Below, one piece after another: positions 43,627 through 58,100 of a DNA stretch of 64,000 nucleotides. This stretch comes from Eledone cirrhosa (taxonomy: Eukaryota). Under the pieces are notes generated by a model. The model did not search any database and was not told the DNA's origin. It saw only the letters and a list, made by a program, of their open reading frames with translations. Positions within the stretch are counted from its first letter, which is position 1; each line of letters starts with the position of its first letter. Location: assembly GCA_964016885.1 (NCBI GenBank), contig OZ024757.1, forward strand, positions 3,782,001 to 3,846,000, read 5' to 3'. Made by a program: the position numbers and the translations under genes.

Positions 43627-46580
43627 AACATCCTGGACCGGACTGAACCTCTGGACACTATTTCTCCCCACTTTACCCTGAAGGATCACAAATCCAATTT
43701 TCCTAACAACCCCTCTATTCGGCTTATTAACCCTACGAAGTCGGATTTAGGTAGACTTAGTAAAAGGATTCTTGATAGAATTATACCTGAAATTAGAAGT
43801 TTGGCCCCTCTTACACTGTGGAACAATTCTTTCGCGGTGATTGATTGGCTCAACGGCATAGGCAACAAGGAACATTGCCGTTTTATCCAATTCGACATCA
43901 ATAATTACTCATTGGAGCTATCAATTTCGCTAAAACACTCACAGTGGTTAAGGATTTCGAAGTTGATGTCATCCTCAATGTCCGTAAGTCGGTGATTAAT
44001 TTCGACGACTCTATTTGGATTAAAAATCTAATAGTACCCCATTCGATGTGAGTATGGGCGCCAGCGATTCTGCGGAGGGTACTGATCTTATCGGCCTTTT
44101 CCTTCTTTTCTGTATCAAGGAAGAATTCCCCAACGTGGGCGGTGGTTTGTACCGTGATGATGGTCTTTTTACCATGGCAAAGTGCGGCCCACGTGCTTGC
44201 GACAGGTTCAGAAAAGAACTCACAGCCTTCTTTAAAGGATACAACATCCCCATACAGGTTGAGGCCAACCTCTCGGTCGTTAATTACCTCGACGTTACCC
44301 TCAATTTATCGAATGGCTTGCATTACCCGTATAGAAAGCCGAATGATACGCTTAATTAAATAAGTAAGCATTCTAACCATCCTGCCAGCATAACGAAGAA
44401 CCTGGTAAGAAACGTTTCTTTGAGGCTTTCCCGTCTATCTACTAACGTGCATAATTTCAACGACCATTCCACATATTACAATGAAGCTCTTGTTCTGAGT
44501 GGATTTGTCGATAAGGTAGCTTATACAGAGTACGAGAATAGACCTAGAAGAAATAGATCCCGACGCATTATATGGTATAACCCACCATATAATATGGAGG
44601 TGGCCACACCATTAGCTAAGATCTTTCTCTCCCTTATTACGAAGCATTTTCCCCCTACCCATAAATATAGTAAACATTTTTAATAGAAATACTATTAAAA
44701 TTTTTTACTCTACGACTCCTAACCTTGCACATAACATCACAGATTCAAATTTAACTAAACTACCTAGCCGTCGGAACACGTGCAACCTTGTAGCTAGTAC
44801 TAACTGTAGTTGTAGGAATCGGGTTGACTGCCCCCTATCCGGGAAATGCTTCTCTAGTAACATTGTCTACAAATGTAAGGTCACGTAGGGCTTACATAGT
44901 GTTAACCGCCCATAGATTCAAGGAGCGTCTTTACATGCATACCCATTCTTTTCGTTACCCTTTAAGAAGGAATGTGACGTCACTTTCAGCTTATATCTGG
45001 AGTCTACACCCACGTCCCATAGGGCTTACATAGGGTTAACCGCCCATAGATTCAAGGAGCGTCTTTACATGCATACCCATTCTTTTCGTTACCCCTTAAG
45101 AAGGAATATGACGTCACTTTCAGCTTATATCTGGAGTCTAAAAGACAATCACACCCAATATAAGTTACACCGGGAGATCCTGGTGCGGGCTAGATCGTAT
45201 AACGGAAATAAAAGACCATGTGACCTACGCGCCGCTGAGGCCCTGGAAATACTCTATGCCAAAGACCACATCTTAAACAAAACATCTGAGGCAATTTCGG
45301 CTTGTAAACATAAATTGCACAAAACATTCCTGTATTACAGCCCCACAACGGATAGTACAAACTATACGCGGATATTTTACGTCTTGATGTGGTAGCTAAG
45401 TATATGTTTTGTTTATACCATTACTTATTTGTATAGGTAAGTATATATTACCTGTATGTTTTGTGTTGGTACGTATACTTTCTAGTACGTATATTTGATT
45501 GTATATGTTATGGTGTATATATTATATATTCTGGTAGATATGCTCTGGTTATGCGTATACTGGAGTTTTGCGTCTGTATGTGTATGCGGGTTCGTACGTA
45601 TGTAGGGTGTGTGTATTTGTGTACTTTGCGTTTTGGTTGACGTACGTCTCCGAACATATGTGTATTTATATGTAGGTTTGTGTGTGTGGTTATTATATAC
45701 GTATTTATTTATTTATATACGTTTATTTAATTATATGTATACGCGCGCGCACACACTCACACACATAAACACACATATATATAGTTATATTTTTTTAGAT
45801 ATATTTTTATGTGTATTTGATGTATTCATTCATATGCGTGCGGGAACCGGCGTTGCGTGGGTTCTGTATGTGCGTGCGTTTTTTTTTGTTTTTTTTCGCG
45901 TGTACGTGCGTGTATTTGTATACCTATGGCGAGTCTTTTTGCATATGCTTGTGTATGTATGTATTTGGATGCGTGTATGTATTTATTTAATTTCAATTAC
46001 CTCTGTAATTTATTTACTTTATTCTTAACACAGAAGCTGAGAATCATTCGATTTCCTAGTTAGAATTTTAGTCTACGACTTCAGTTATACCATTTACGTG
46101 GTTTTGTCTATGCGTGCAATTGTTCTCCCCGCTCCACCTATGATGTATTATCTTCGTTTTTTCCGTTCATTGCCAGAGAACGTCTCTATGAACCACCTAA
46201 GAGAACATTAGTCTACGACTTCTTTTATACCATTAACGTGGTTGTGTCTTTGCGTGTAATTGTTTTTCACCGCTCCAAATAATGACGTATTATATTCGTT
46301 TTTTCCCGTTCTTTGCCAGGGAACGTTTCCACGAACCAAAGTATCGTCTTCCTGTCTTTCTCCGGTTGCAACGTTGTTTGAAATATTCACTTCTAAGTTC
46401 ACAGATTGACTTTTTTAGCTTCAGAAGATCCCGTTAATGGTGAAAGCAGCGGTTCTTTGCTTAAACTTTAATCTGTTATTTTAATAAATATTTGCTCTAC
46501 GGTTCTTATATATTTTTTTTTATATATTTATCCTTATCGGCCCTCTTTGGATTTTAGTCTTCAAATTTTATTATTATTAC
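43624..46580 (+). mobile_element. Penelope-like element, right arm (inverted partner of 40071-42800) plus ~95-nt tail
   Basis: Reverse complement of the left arm up to ~46485, with an internal ~125-bp duplication at 44881-45130. The tail also occurs inverted at ~54995-55085. Confidence 0.93.
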
Positions 46581-46587
46581 TATATAT

Positions 46588-46621
<34 letters not shown>

Positions 46622-46695
46622 ATATGTATATCTAAATATATATGTATATATATATGTATGTGTGTGTGTGTGTATATGTATATATATATATATAT

Positions 46696-47002
<307 letters not shown>

Positions 47003-47161
47003 CTTATATGTATATTGACAGGAGCCAGGCCGTCGAAGAAACAACACCACGTGTTCGCCTGGTCCCTTCTATCAGGAAAAGAAATTATTTTCGGGAAAAT
47101 TATTGGATTTTCCTAAATTTAAAGGTTTCTTAGGAAGTTTCAATGCTTATTTTAGGTTATG

Positions 47162-47220
47162 CCGTTTGAAGAGTTCAAAGCTATCTTAACTGATAGTAAT
47201 CAGTGAAATATGTACAACGG
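47162..47220 (+). ncRNA. degenerate hammerhead remnant
   Basis: ccgt TTGAAGA ... GAAA tatgta CA acgg, with two core substitutions. Confidence 0.45.
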
Positions 47221-47266
47221 AGTTTTAAATAAACCTGTGCAACTGAATATGGCCTCCGATCTTATA

Positions 47267-47345
<79 letters not shown>

Positions 47346-47366
47346 GGTTACACAACAGTTAGTTCA

Positions 47367-48412
<1,046 letters not shown>

Positions 48413-48559
48413 CCACACACACACACATGTAAGTATCTGTGCATGTACAATCTTAAATAACAGTATCTATGTATGGACATATGCATAGGTATGTGTTGTC
48501 ACAGGGCTCGATCGAGGCAGTGGTATGGTGGGGCTGCTGTCTTTAAAGCTAGAGGGAAG

Positions 48560-48909
48560 TTCCCATCCCAACCAGGAACTGGGCATATCAGAGTATTGAC
48601 GAAGTTAAACACCTCAACAACATGTGTACCTGTCTCTACCACACCAATTCGGACTGCCTGAAGAGGTCACAGCCAAAGATGGCTGTCACCCAAATATATA
48701 TAGCAGTAATAAACGAAGCCAAATTTTAAATATTTAACTTATTTATTTTATTTTATATATACATATATATATCAGGACTTTCCTGATGATTTCTCCCGAA
48801 TGAAACAGTTATAGTCCCGTAGAAGCCATTTCTATATTAAATATTTATACTCTGCTATGTATTGAGTACCTTATTTTTTGCGGTTGCCCCCCGATTGAAC
48901 CCGGGACAA

Positions 48910-48910
<1 letters not shown>
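48560..48910 (+). mobile_element. two adjacent PLE-end fragments (siblings of 9790-9975 and of insert K)
   Basis: Direct sequence match by eye. The HHR at 48653-48707 has CAAA in place of GAAA. Confidence 0.75.
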
Positions 48911-48985
<75 letters not shown>

Positions 48986-49149
48986 GTATGGGTTTTTTTA
49001 CTCACTTTATGACATAAACGAAATACATTAATCGAACGTACACACACACACACACACATACACACATATATTTATACACACACACATATACACATATATA
49101 TACACACACCTGACACCCTATTATTTGACTTACGATTCAATTTGGTAAG

Positions 49150-49895
49150 TGATATATGTTGTTTCAGGTGAAACTGTCATGGCATCCAACAACATCAGAG
49201 ACTTGGGAGTAATTGTGGACAACAACATAAGCTGGGCCACTCATATAAACAGCAAAGTTGACATGGCCTGCAGAATGTGTTCCTGGATTCTCAGGACCTT
49301 CCAGTCGAGAGATATCCACACCGTCATCTTTTCTTCTCCACATTTGCTCGACCCTACCCTGAATAGTGGTGTCCACTGTGGTCTCCCCACACGAAACAAC
49401 GTATCATGAAAGTTGAAGCACCTCAAAGGTCAATCACAAAAAAGATAGATGGCATGACAGGCCTTGACTATTGGGGTTGACTAGAAAAGCTCAAACTTTA
49501 TTCACTCCAACGTCGCCGTGAGCTCAAATGATGTTGGCATCACCTTTGAGGTACACCCAAGGCTTGGGCCCCGTGATATCCCCCCATGACAAATATTACA
49601 CTCGCATTTCATAACAACAATACGGCACAATTATTTCACCTCAATTGCCCCAATCTCATTAACATTACAACAAAACACATTAAAACAGAAACAGACCCCA
49701 TAAAGTTCCTGAAGACTTTGGACAAATTGTTTCACCAAATCCCGGATAAACCTCCTCCACCCAGATATATCTCCGTAAACAATAGCTCTCTACTTGAGTG
49801 GGCCACCGTGTCCAAATCCTGATTCGAAAGATTTCGCCAGGTTAGACATGGCCTGGACCAATACTGGCCGAAACCTATCAAAGTTATCAAAGTTT
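49150..49895 (+). mobile_element. CR1-like LINE 3' fragment
   Basis: IRDLGVIVDNNISWATHIN...WILRTFQSRD, LEKLKLYSLQRRRE, and a short TATCAAAGT tandem tail. Confidence 0.8.
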
Positions 49896-50294
49896 ATATA
49901 TATATATATATACAATCATATATACATACAATCATATATAAATACATATATATATATATTTACATACAAACCTATATATATTTGTATATACATACAATCA
50001 TACATAGATTCATACAAACATATCTACATACATATATGCATATATATTTATAAATACACAAACATACATACATTTGTTTGTTTTACTTGGAAACACTCCA
50101 TTTGCATACAAACGTCGCTCGTGATGTAAATATTTCCCTCTGATAGGTACAAGGTAAGTAAACAAAATGGCGCCCATTTGGGAATGGCTTAACGAGTCAG
50201 TTGTCTCCTCTTGTTTATCGTTTTAAAAGAATCTGACGCTGGTTTGACGATTTCAGTCGTATCAACTGACAGTAGCCTGTGGTACTTAGTAATA

Positions 50295-50650
50295 GTACTA
50301 TGGTGGAGCGGGGTGGGGAGTAATGGTGAGCTATTGGCGGTGGAGGGCGGTAATGATAGAGGGGAATGGTGAGGAGGCAAATAGTGAGGGAGTAATGATG
50401 AGGGGGTAATGGTGGTGGGAGAGAAAATGGTGGTGGTGGTGGTAAGGGGGACGGGGTAACGGTGAGAGTAATGATGGGGATTGATGGTGTAGAGATATTG
50501 GTGTGGGGGAAGTAATAATGGTGGAGGTGGTGGTGGAGGTGGTAATGGTGGTGGTGGTAATGGTGGTGGAGGTGGTGGTGGTGATAATAGTGGTTGAGGT
50601 GGTGGTGAAGTTAATGATGTGGTAATGGAATTAATGGTGGTGGAGGTAAG
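50295..50650. repeat. GGT/GGA-rich low-complexity tract
   Basis: Directly visible. Confidence 0.85.
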
Positions 50651-51408
50651 ATATTACTGGTCACTGATTTAACACTATATACTTCTCTACTTCGATCTTG
50701 TCCTCCCAATCACATCGATCTCGTCTTTGATTTTGTCTTTTTTTTTGTTAATTATTGTTTTTATATATCGTCTGTTTGCTTGTTGTTGTTTTTTTTTTTT
50801 TTTTGCAAATATACATTGATTTATACACACACACATTGTTAAAGTACGACGGCTGAGCTATTGCCTTTTTGACAGCAGGGATAGATAGATAGATAGTTAG
50901 ATAGATAGATGGATAGATAGATAGATACGAGCTGAGAATTGAGGCACAGAATGGAAACCTGTTGATAACGTGAGTCCTCGTTCGGTCTTCAAATAGTACA
51001 AACTGCATATTGCGCAAGTAGGATTGCTGATTTTGATTTCATAGAAACCTATCGGAGGTATTGCATAATACCCCTCGATACGATCCAGGTTTATTATCTA
51101 ACTGATTGTATTTTCGTCGTTTTGGTTAATTATGTGGCTAGGCCACCTGGCCGCAGTTTTCAATTTGTCACGCTATTTAACGTATGTTAATTACTTTAAG
51201 GTGTAGTCTATCGATTCATCGATACATTCTTATTGAGTGCTTTTGTACAAACCTAATTGTATCTCGTTAGCTTGGCCACCGCCATAACTTCGATTTTACT
51301 AACCTTCCACTTAAATGTATATATGTATATATTAGATAGACACTCCATGTACGTGTACACAACATATATACATGCACACACTCAGATTTATATATATTTA
51401 TTCATATA

Positions 51409-51594
51409 CAGGTAAAAGTCCGTCATAACGAATACCATTATGACGAATTTTTCAGTATAACGAAATTGTGTTCAATCACCGAGGTAATAATAAACAAACG
51501 CTCGATTTGTTTCGTTCGATCTCGTTATAAAGAATTTTTCGTTACAACGAATTTTGTTATACCTCGTGAATTTCGTTATAACGGAATTTCACTG
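51409..51594. mobile_element. Tigger/pogo-like MITE
   Basis: TA-CAGGTAAAAGTCCGTCATAACGAA and TTCGTTATAACGGAATTTCACTG, with internal TATAACGAA repeats. Confidence 0.7.
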
Positions 51595-51659
51595 GATATC
51601 AATATACATATATATTCAAACATAGACATATGAACCAAAACATGCACACGCATTTACAT

Positions 51660-51720
<61 letters not shown>

Positions 51721-51789
51721 CAAATGTATATATATATATATATATACGTGTGTATGTATGCATGTATGTATGTAGTTATATGTATGTAC

Positions 51790-52400
51790 GTCAGGTAACC
51801 AGTTGGCGCTACTGGTAACATGTATCCCAGTACAACCTGTCTCATGGTCGGGCCGTTGGCGACTAAACTGGCAACTCCACCAAGGTTTCTTGGTGAGGAG
51901 AGTGACTTTGGACATCCTGCATGTCTAAAAGCAAAACCTGTCAAAGGGCAAAGGAGCTCTTAAGAGTCAATGGCCGTCCAAAATCACCGGGAGAGATGAC
52001 CCCTTAGCCTTTGTCAAGGCAGAATTCTAGGAGAATGAAAACTCTAATATAACACCTGCAACCCTGATGGTATCCAATGATGTTGACTTGTTCTTCTTTT
52101 TCGTAAATATCATCTTGGTTAAGAGAGTGGGACTGGCTTTGTGCAGTGCCTTTGCTCACTATAAAAGCTTCATGACATAGGCATTGCTTTATATCTGGAG
52201 ATCTCTCTGCACTTGTCGTCACATGGTACCATGGGCCCAGCACTGTGTGTCAATAATTGTCACAGGTGTAGTGTTTGTACCAGAGTTTTCAAGTCGCTGG
52301 CTGGACTAAGAAGTCACACTCGTTCAGCGCATCGGTAGGGTTTCTCCTACATGGATATAAAGTAGTGGCCGTACTCGAAAACGAGTTGGCAGCCACCATA
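51790..52400 (+). mobile_element. bipartite RTE-derived non-autonomous retroelement (5'UTR-like part joined to a 3' zinc-finger end, (TATG)n tail)
   Basis: CHRCSVCTRVFKSLAGLRSHTRSAH*, terminus ACTCGAAAACGAGTTGGCAGCCACCA and (TATG)n; no RT in between. Confidence 0.7.
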
Positions 52401-52774
52401 TGTATGTACGTATGTATTTATGCATGTATGTATAGATATAGATATATACATGTATGTATGTATGTCTATGTGGTATTGAACGCGAGAATAAGTACTCAAT
52501 ACCAAATTAGAATTTAATTTCATTATGGTTCAACGATGAGTCTGCACACATCACACAAAAACAACGGAGGAGGTTACAGAATGCGTGACGAAAGAGCTTT
52601 GACAATATTTAAACAACCAACCGGTTATCGAACCAACGAGTCGAAAATTTATAATAAATTGAAGTGAAAACTAACAGGTGCGTGTGTTTTTATTGGCAGC
52701 ATGACCCTCCCAAAGTATAACTATATCTGTTTCAGCCCACGGTTTCAGATAAGAAATCTTGCAAAACAAATTGA

Positions 52775-52805
<31 letters not shown>

Positions 52806-53401
52806 AGCACACATAAATACACTTACATGCATACATACAAACATACATATATACATATACATGATTAAATAGATACATACATAAATATATGCATAGATAT
52901 ATACATAGATATATACAGAGCAATATATATATATATACATATACACATAGATATACACATATGTATATACATATACACATAGATATATACATAGATATAT
53001 ACATATACATGCATCCAAATACACACACACATACATATACATATGCATAGATATATACATAGATATATACAGAGCAATATACATATATATACATATACAC
53101 ATAGATATACACATATGTATATACATATACACATAGATATATACATAGATATATACATATACATGCATCCAAATACACACACACATACATATACATATGC
53201 ATGATTGCATACATAGATATATACATATACTTTTACACATACACACAGACACACATACAGAGCTAAGCAGTCACATGTCTGACGTCACATATCTGACTCT
53301 TGGTTGATATTCACAATGGCGACCACCACCAACTTTAATGTCAACTCTCAGCCTAGTCTTGAATAATTACTTATTCTTCTCATTACAGTCTTCAAAGAAA
53401 C

Positions 53402-53469
<68 letters not shown>

Positions 53470-53489
53470 GTTGTTGTTATTCCTTGAAT

Positions 53490-53542
<53 letters not shown>

Positions 53543-53782
53543 AGATGGCAGCGATGTCTGTGACACGAATTTACAATTGTGAGAGAATCCATAGAAAAGA
53601 AGATGGCAGAACGACAGTAACAACAGCAACAACGTCTGAGAGGAGAAACAATATAGAGGAGGAATAATATAGTGTATATCTAGATATAAAGGGTAGGAGT
53701 GACTGAGATTATGGGATGTCTAGGAAAATTAACTCATTCAGTATTTAATGAATCTGGAATCTGTCTCAAACTCGGAATCTCG

Positions 53783-54016
53783 TCAGACAAGTGCTTGTTC
53801 CGGTTTCATGGCGTGATGTGACTGAGATGACAAGACTCTCCCCTGGAGAGGACGCCAGTCCATCGCAAGGTTAAAGTCTTTCTCAAACCCGGAGACTTAT
53901 CAGACCAGCACTTATCCCGGTATCCGTCGGGGTCCTACTCGTTCCTATTACCCACTCTACTACCCTAAGTATTGAGTACTTTGGTGCGTTATGGTTCCTT
54001 ACCACCTCTCCTTCGT

Positions 54017-54047
<31 letters not shown>

Positions 54048-54206
54048 TCACATATTCACTTCACGGATACCGGGATAAGTGCTGGTCTGATAAGTCTCCG
54101 GGTTTGAGAAAGACTTTAACCTTGCGATGGACTGGCGTCCTGTCCAGGGGAGAGTCTTGTCATCTCAGTCACCTCACGCCATGAAACCGGAACAAGCACT
54201 TGTCTG
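53783..54206. mobile_element. inverted pair (53783-53927 / 54062-54206) of a SINE-like segment enclosing a family A fragment
   Basis: Near-perfect ~145-bp inverted arms containing CCCCTGGA(C/G)AGGACGCCAGTCCATCGCA. Confidence 0.6.
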
Positions 54207-54296
54207 ATATATATATATATAACGAAGGAAGTGTGGTAAGAAACCAGGTGGACCATAACGCACCAGAGTACTCAATCCTTAGGGTAGTAGAGTGGG

Positions 54297-54327
<31 letters not shown>

Positions 54328-55136
54328 TTATAAAGATAGCACATTAAAGTTTAAGCAAAGAATCGCTGCTTTTACCCTTAACGGGATCTTCTAAAACTAA
54401 AAAAAAAAATAATGTGCACGCAGAAGTAAATATTTCGAAAAACGTTAGAATCGAAGGAAAACAGGAAGACGATAATACGTCTTCCTGTTAGGTACAGGTA
54501 TGTTCTTTGTAGACATATTCAGGTGTTGTTTCTGCATGTTGATTAAAAGTCTATAGAGTACTCAACCGAAAGAGCCAAATAGTCTAAACTATAATAATGT
54601 AAGGAGTGCGGGACTGCGTACGGTTTATAATATTTTTATGCCATTAGTAAAATAATTTGGATAACTTTGAATAAATAATGAATGAATATTGCATAATTTA
54701 TCTACTAACTTCTGGTTAGCGATCGCTTAAATAACATTCATATATTTTCTGTCACTAATTTTCTCCTAATGCAGTTTATATATAATATCGTCTTTTTTTA
54801 ATGTATCATGGATTACGTCACAGATTACATAAGACAGTATAACACAGTCTTCGTTCAATTTCTGTGTATTATATATTGTCAATTACGATTTTATTTGATA
54901 TATCATATCTACATGTATATATAGCTGCGTATAATATCAATATACACACAACACATACTAGCAGCAAACCACCCTAAGGGTAGTTTTTCTGCTAGTAATA
55001 ATAATAAATATGGGGACTAAAATCCGAAGAAGGCTCGATAAGGAAGATAAAAATCAAAATATATAAAACCATAGAGCAAAGATATATGTAAGAGATAGTA
55101 TTTTGGTTTTGCTTAGATAAACAAGTCTGATGAGCG

Positions 55137-58100
55137 GACCAGGGTGGGGTAGTGTCTGTAGTTACATAGACCCCACCTCACCCAGGGTCAGACCAGGGTG
55201 GGGTAGTGTCTGTAGTTATATAGACCCTACCTCACCCAGGGTCAGACCAGGGTGGGGTAGTGTCTGTATGTTATATAGATCCTACCTCACCCAGGGTCAG
55301 ACCAGGGTGGGGTAGTGTCTGTAGTTATATAGACCCTACCTCACCCAGGGTCAGACCAGGGTGGGGTAGTGTCTGTAGTTATATAGACCCTACTTCACCC
55401 AGGGTCAGACCAGGGTGGTGTAGTGTCTGTAGTTATATAGACCCTACCTCACCCAGGGTCAGACCAGGGTGGGGTAGTGCCTGTAGTTATATAGACCCTA
55501 CCTCACCCAGGGTGGGGTAGTGTCTGTAGTTATATAGACCCTACCTCACCTAGGGTCAGGCCAGGGTGGGGTAGTGTCTGTAGTTATATAGACCCTACCT
55601 CACACAGGGTCAGACCAAGGTGGGGTAGTGTCTGTAGTTATATAGACCCTACCTCACCCAGCGTCAGACCAGGGTGGTGTAGTGTCTGTAGTTATATAGA
55701 CCCTACCTCACCTAGGGTCAGACCAGGGTGGGGTAGTGTCTGTAGTTATATAGACCCTACCTCACCCAGGGTCAGACCAGGGTGGGGTTGAGTCTGTAGT
55801 TATATAGATCCTACCTCACACAGGGTCAGACCAGGGTGGGGTAGTGTCTGTAGTTATATAGACCCTACCTCACCCAGGGTCAGACCAGGGTGGGGTAGTG
55901 CCTGTAGTTATATAGACCCTACCTCACCCAGGGTCAGACCAGGGTGGGGTAGTGTCTGTAGTTATATAGACCCCACCTCACCCAGGGTCAGACCAGGGTG
56001 GGGTAGTGTCTGTATGTTATATAGATCCTACCTCACCCAGGGTCAGACCAGGGTGGGGTAGTGTCTGTATGTTATATAGATCCTACCTCACCCATGGTCA
56101 GACCAATGTGGGGTAGTGTCTGTAGATATATAGACCCTACCTCCCGTAGGGTCAGACCAGGGTGGGGTAGTGTCGGTATGTTATATAGATCCTACCTCAC
56201 CCAGGGTCAGACCAGGGTGGTGTAGAGTCTGTAGTTATATAGATCCTACCTCACCCAGGGTCCGACCAGGGTGGGGTAGAGTCTGTAGTTATATAGACCC
56301 TACCTCACCCAGGGTCTGACCAGGGGGGGTAGTGTCTGTATGTTATATAGATCCTACCTCACCCAGGGTCAGACCAGGGTGGGGTAGTGTCTGTAGTTCT
56401 ATAGACCCTACCTCACCCAGGGTCAGACCAGGGTGGGGTAGTGTCTGTAGTTCTATAGACCCTACCTCACCCAGGGTGAGACCAGGGTGGGGTAGTGTCT
56501 GTAGTTATATAGATCCTACCTCACACAGGTTCAGACCAGGGTGGGGTAGTGTCTGTAGTTATATAGATCCTACCTCACACAGGGTCAGACCAGGGTGGGG
56601 TAGTGTCTGTAGTTCTATAGACCCTACCTCACCTAGGGTCAGGTCAGGGTGGGGTAGTGTCTGTAGTTATATAGACCCTACCTCACCAAGGGTCAGACCA
56701 GGGTGGGGTAGTGCCTGTATTTATATAGACCCTACCTCACCCAGGGTCAGACCAGGGTGGGGTAGTGTCTGTAGTTATATAGACCCTACATCACCCAGGG
56801 TGGGGTAGTGTCTCTAGTTATATAGATCCTACCTCACCCAGGGTCAGACCAGGGTGGGGTAGTGCCTGTAGTTATATAGATCCTACCTCACCCAGGGTCA
56901 GACCAGGGTGGGTAGAGTCTGTAGTTATATAGACCCTACCTCACCCAGGGTGGGGTAGTGTCTGTAGTTATATAGACGCTACCTCACCCAGGGTGGGGTA
57001 GTGTCTGTAGTTATATAGATCCTACATCACCCATATTCAGACCAGGGTGGGGTAGTGCCTGTAGTTATATAGACCCTACCTGACCCAGAGTCAGACCAGG
57101 GTGGGGTAGTGCCTGTAGTTATATAGACCCTACCTCACACAAGGTGGGGTAGTATCTGTAGTTATATAGACCCTACCTCACCTAGGGTCAGACAAGGGTG
57201 GGGTAGTGCCTGTAGTTATATAGACCCTACCTCACCCAGGGTCAGACCAGGGAGGGGTTGTGCCTGTAGTTATATAGACCCTACCTCACCCAGGGTGGGG
57301 TAGTGTCTGTAGTTATATAGACCCTAGCTCACCCAGGGTGCGGTAGTGTCTGTAGTTATATAGACCCTACCTCACCCAGGGTGGGGTAGTGTCTGTAGTT
57401 ATATAGATCCTACCTCACTTAGGGTCAGACCAGGGTGGGGTAGTGCCTGTAGTTATATAGACCCTACCTCACCCAGGGTGGGGTAGTGTCTGTAGTTAAA
57501 TAGACCCTACCTCACCCAGGGTGGGGTTGTGTCTGTAGTTATATAGACCCTACCTCACCCAGGGTCAGACCAGGGTGGGGTAGTGTCTGTAGTTATATAG
57601 ACCCTACCTCACCCAGGGTCAGACCATCGTGGGGTTGTGCCTGTAGTTATATAGACCCTACCTCACCCAGGGTGGGAGTGTGTCTGTAGTTATATAGACC
57701 CTACCTCACCCAGGATGGGGAGTGTCTGTAGTTATATAGACCCTACCTCACCCAGGGTCAGACCAGGGTGGGGTTGTGCCTATAGTTATATAGACCCTAC
57801 CTCACCCAGGGTGGGGTAGTGTCTGTAGTTATATAGACCCTACCTCACCCAGGGTGGGGTAGAGTCTGTAGTTATATAGACCCTACATCACCCAGGGTCA
57901 GACCAGGGTGGGGTAGTGTCTGTAGTTATATAGACCCTACCTCACCCAGGGTCAGACCAGGGTGGGGTAGTGCCTATAGTTATATAGACCCTACCTCACC
58001 CAGGGTGGGGTAGTGTCTGTAGTTATATAGACCCTGCCTCCCCCAGTGTGGTGTAGTGTCTGTAGTTATATAGATCCTACCTCACCCAGGGTCAGACCAG

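Noticed and set aside
55127-55140. CTGATGAG at the start of the satellite as a hammerhead
   Set aside because: No GAAA-UH half or pairing stems follow.
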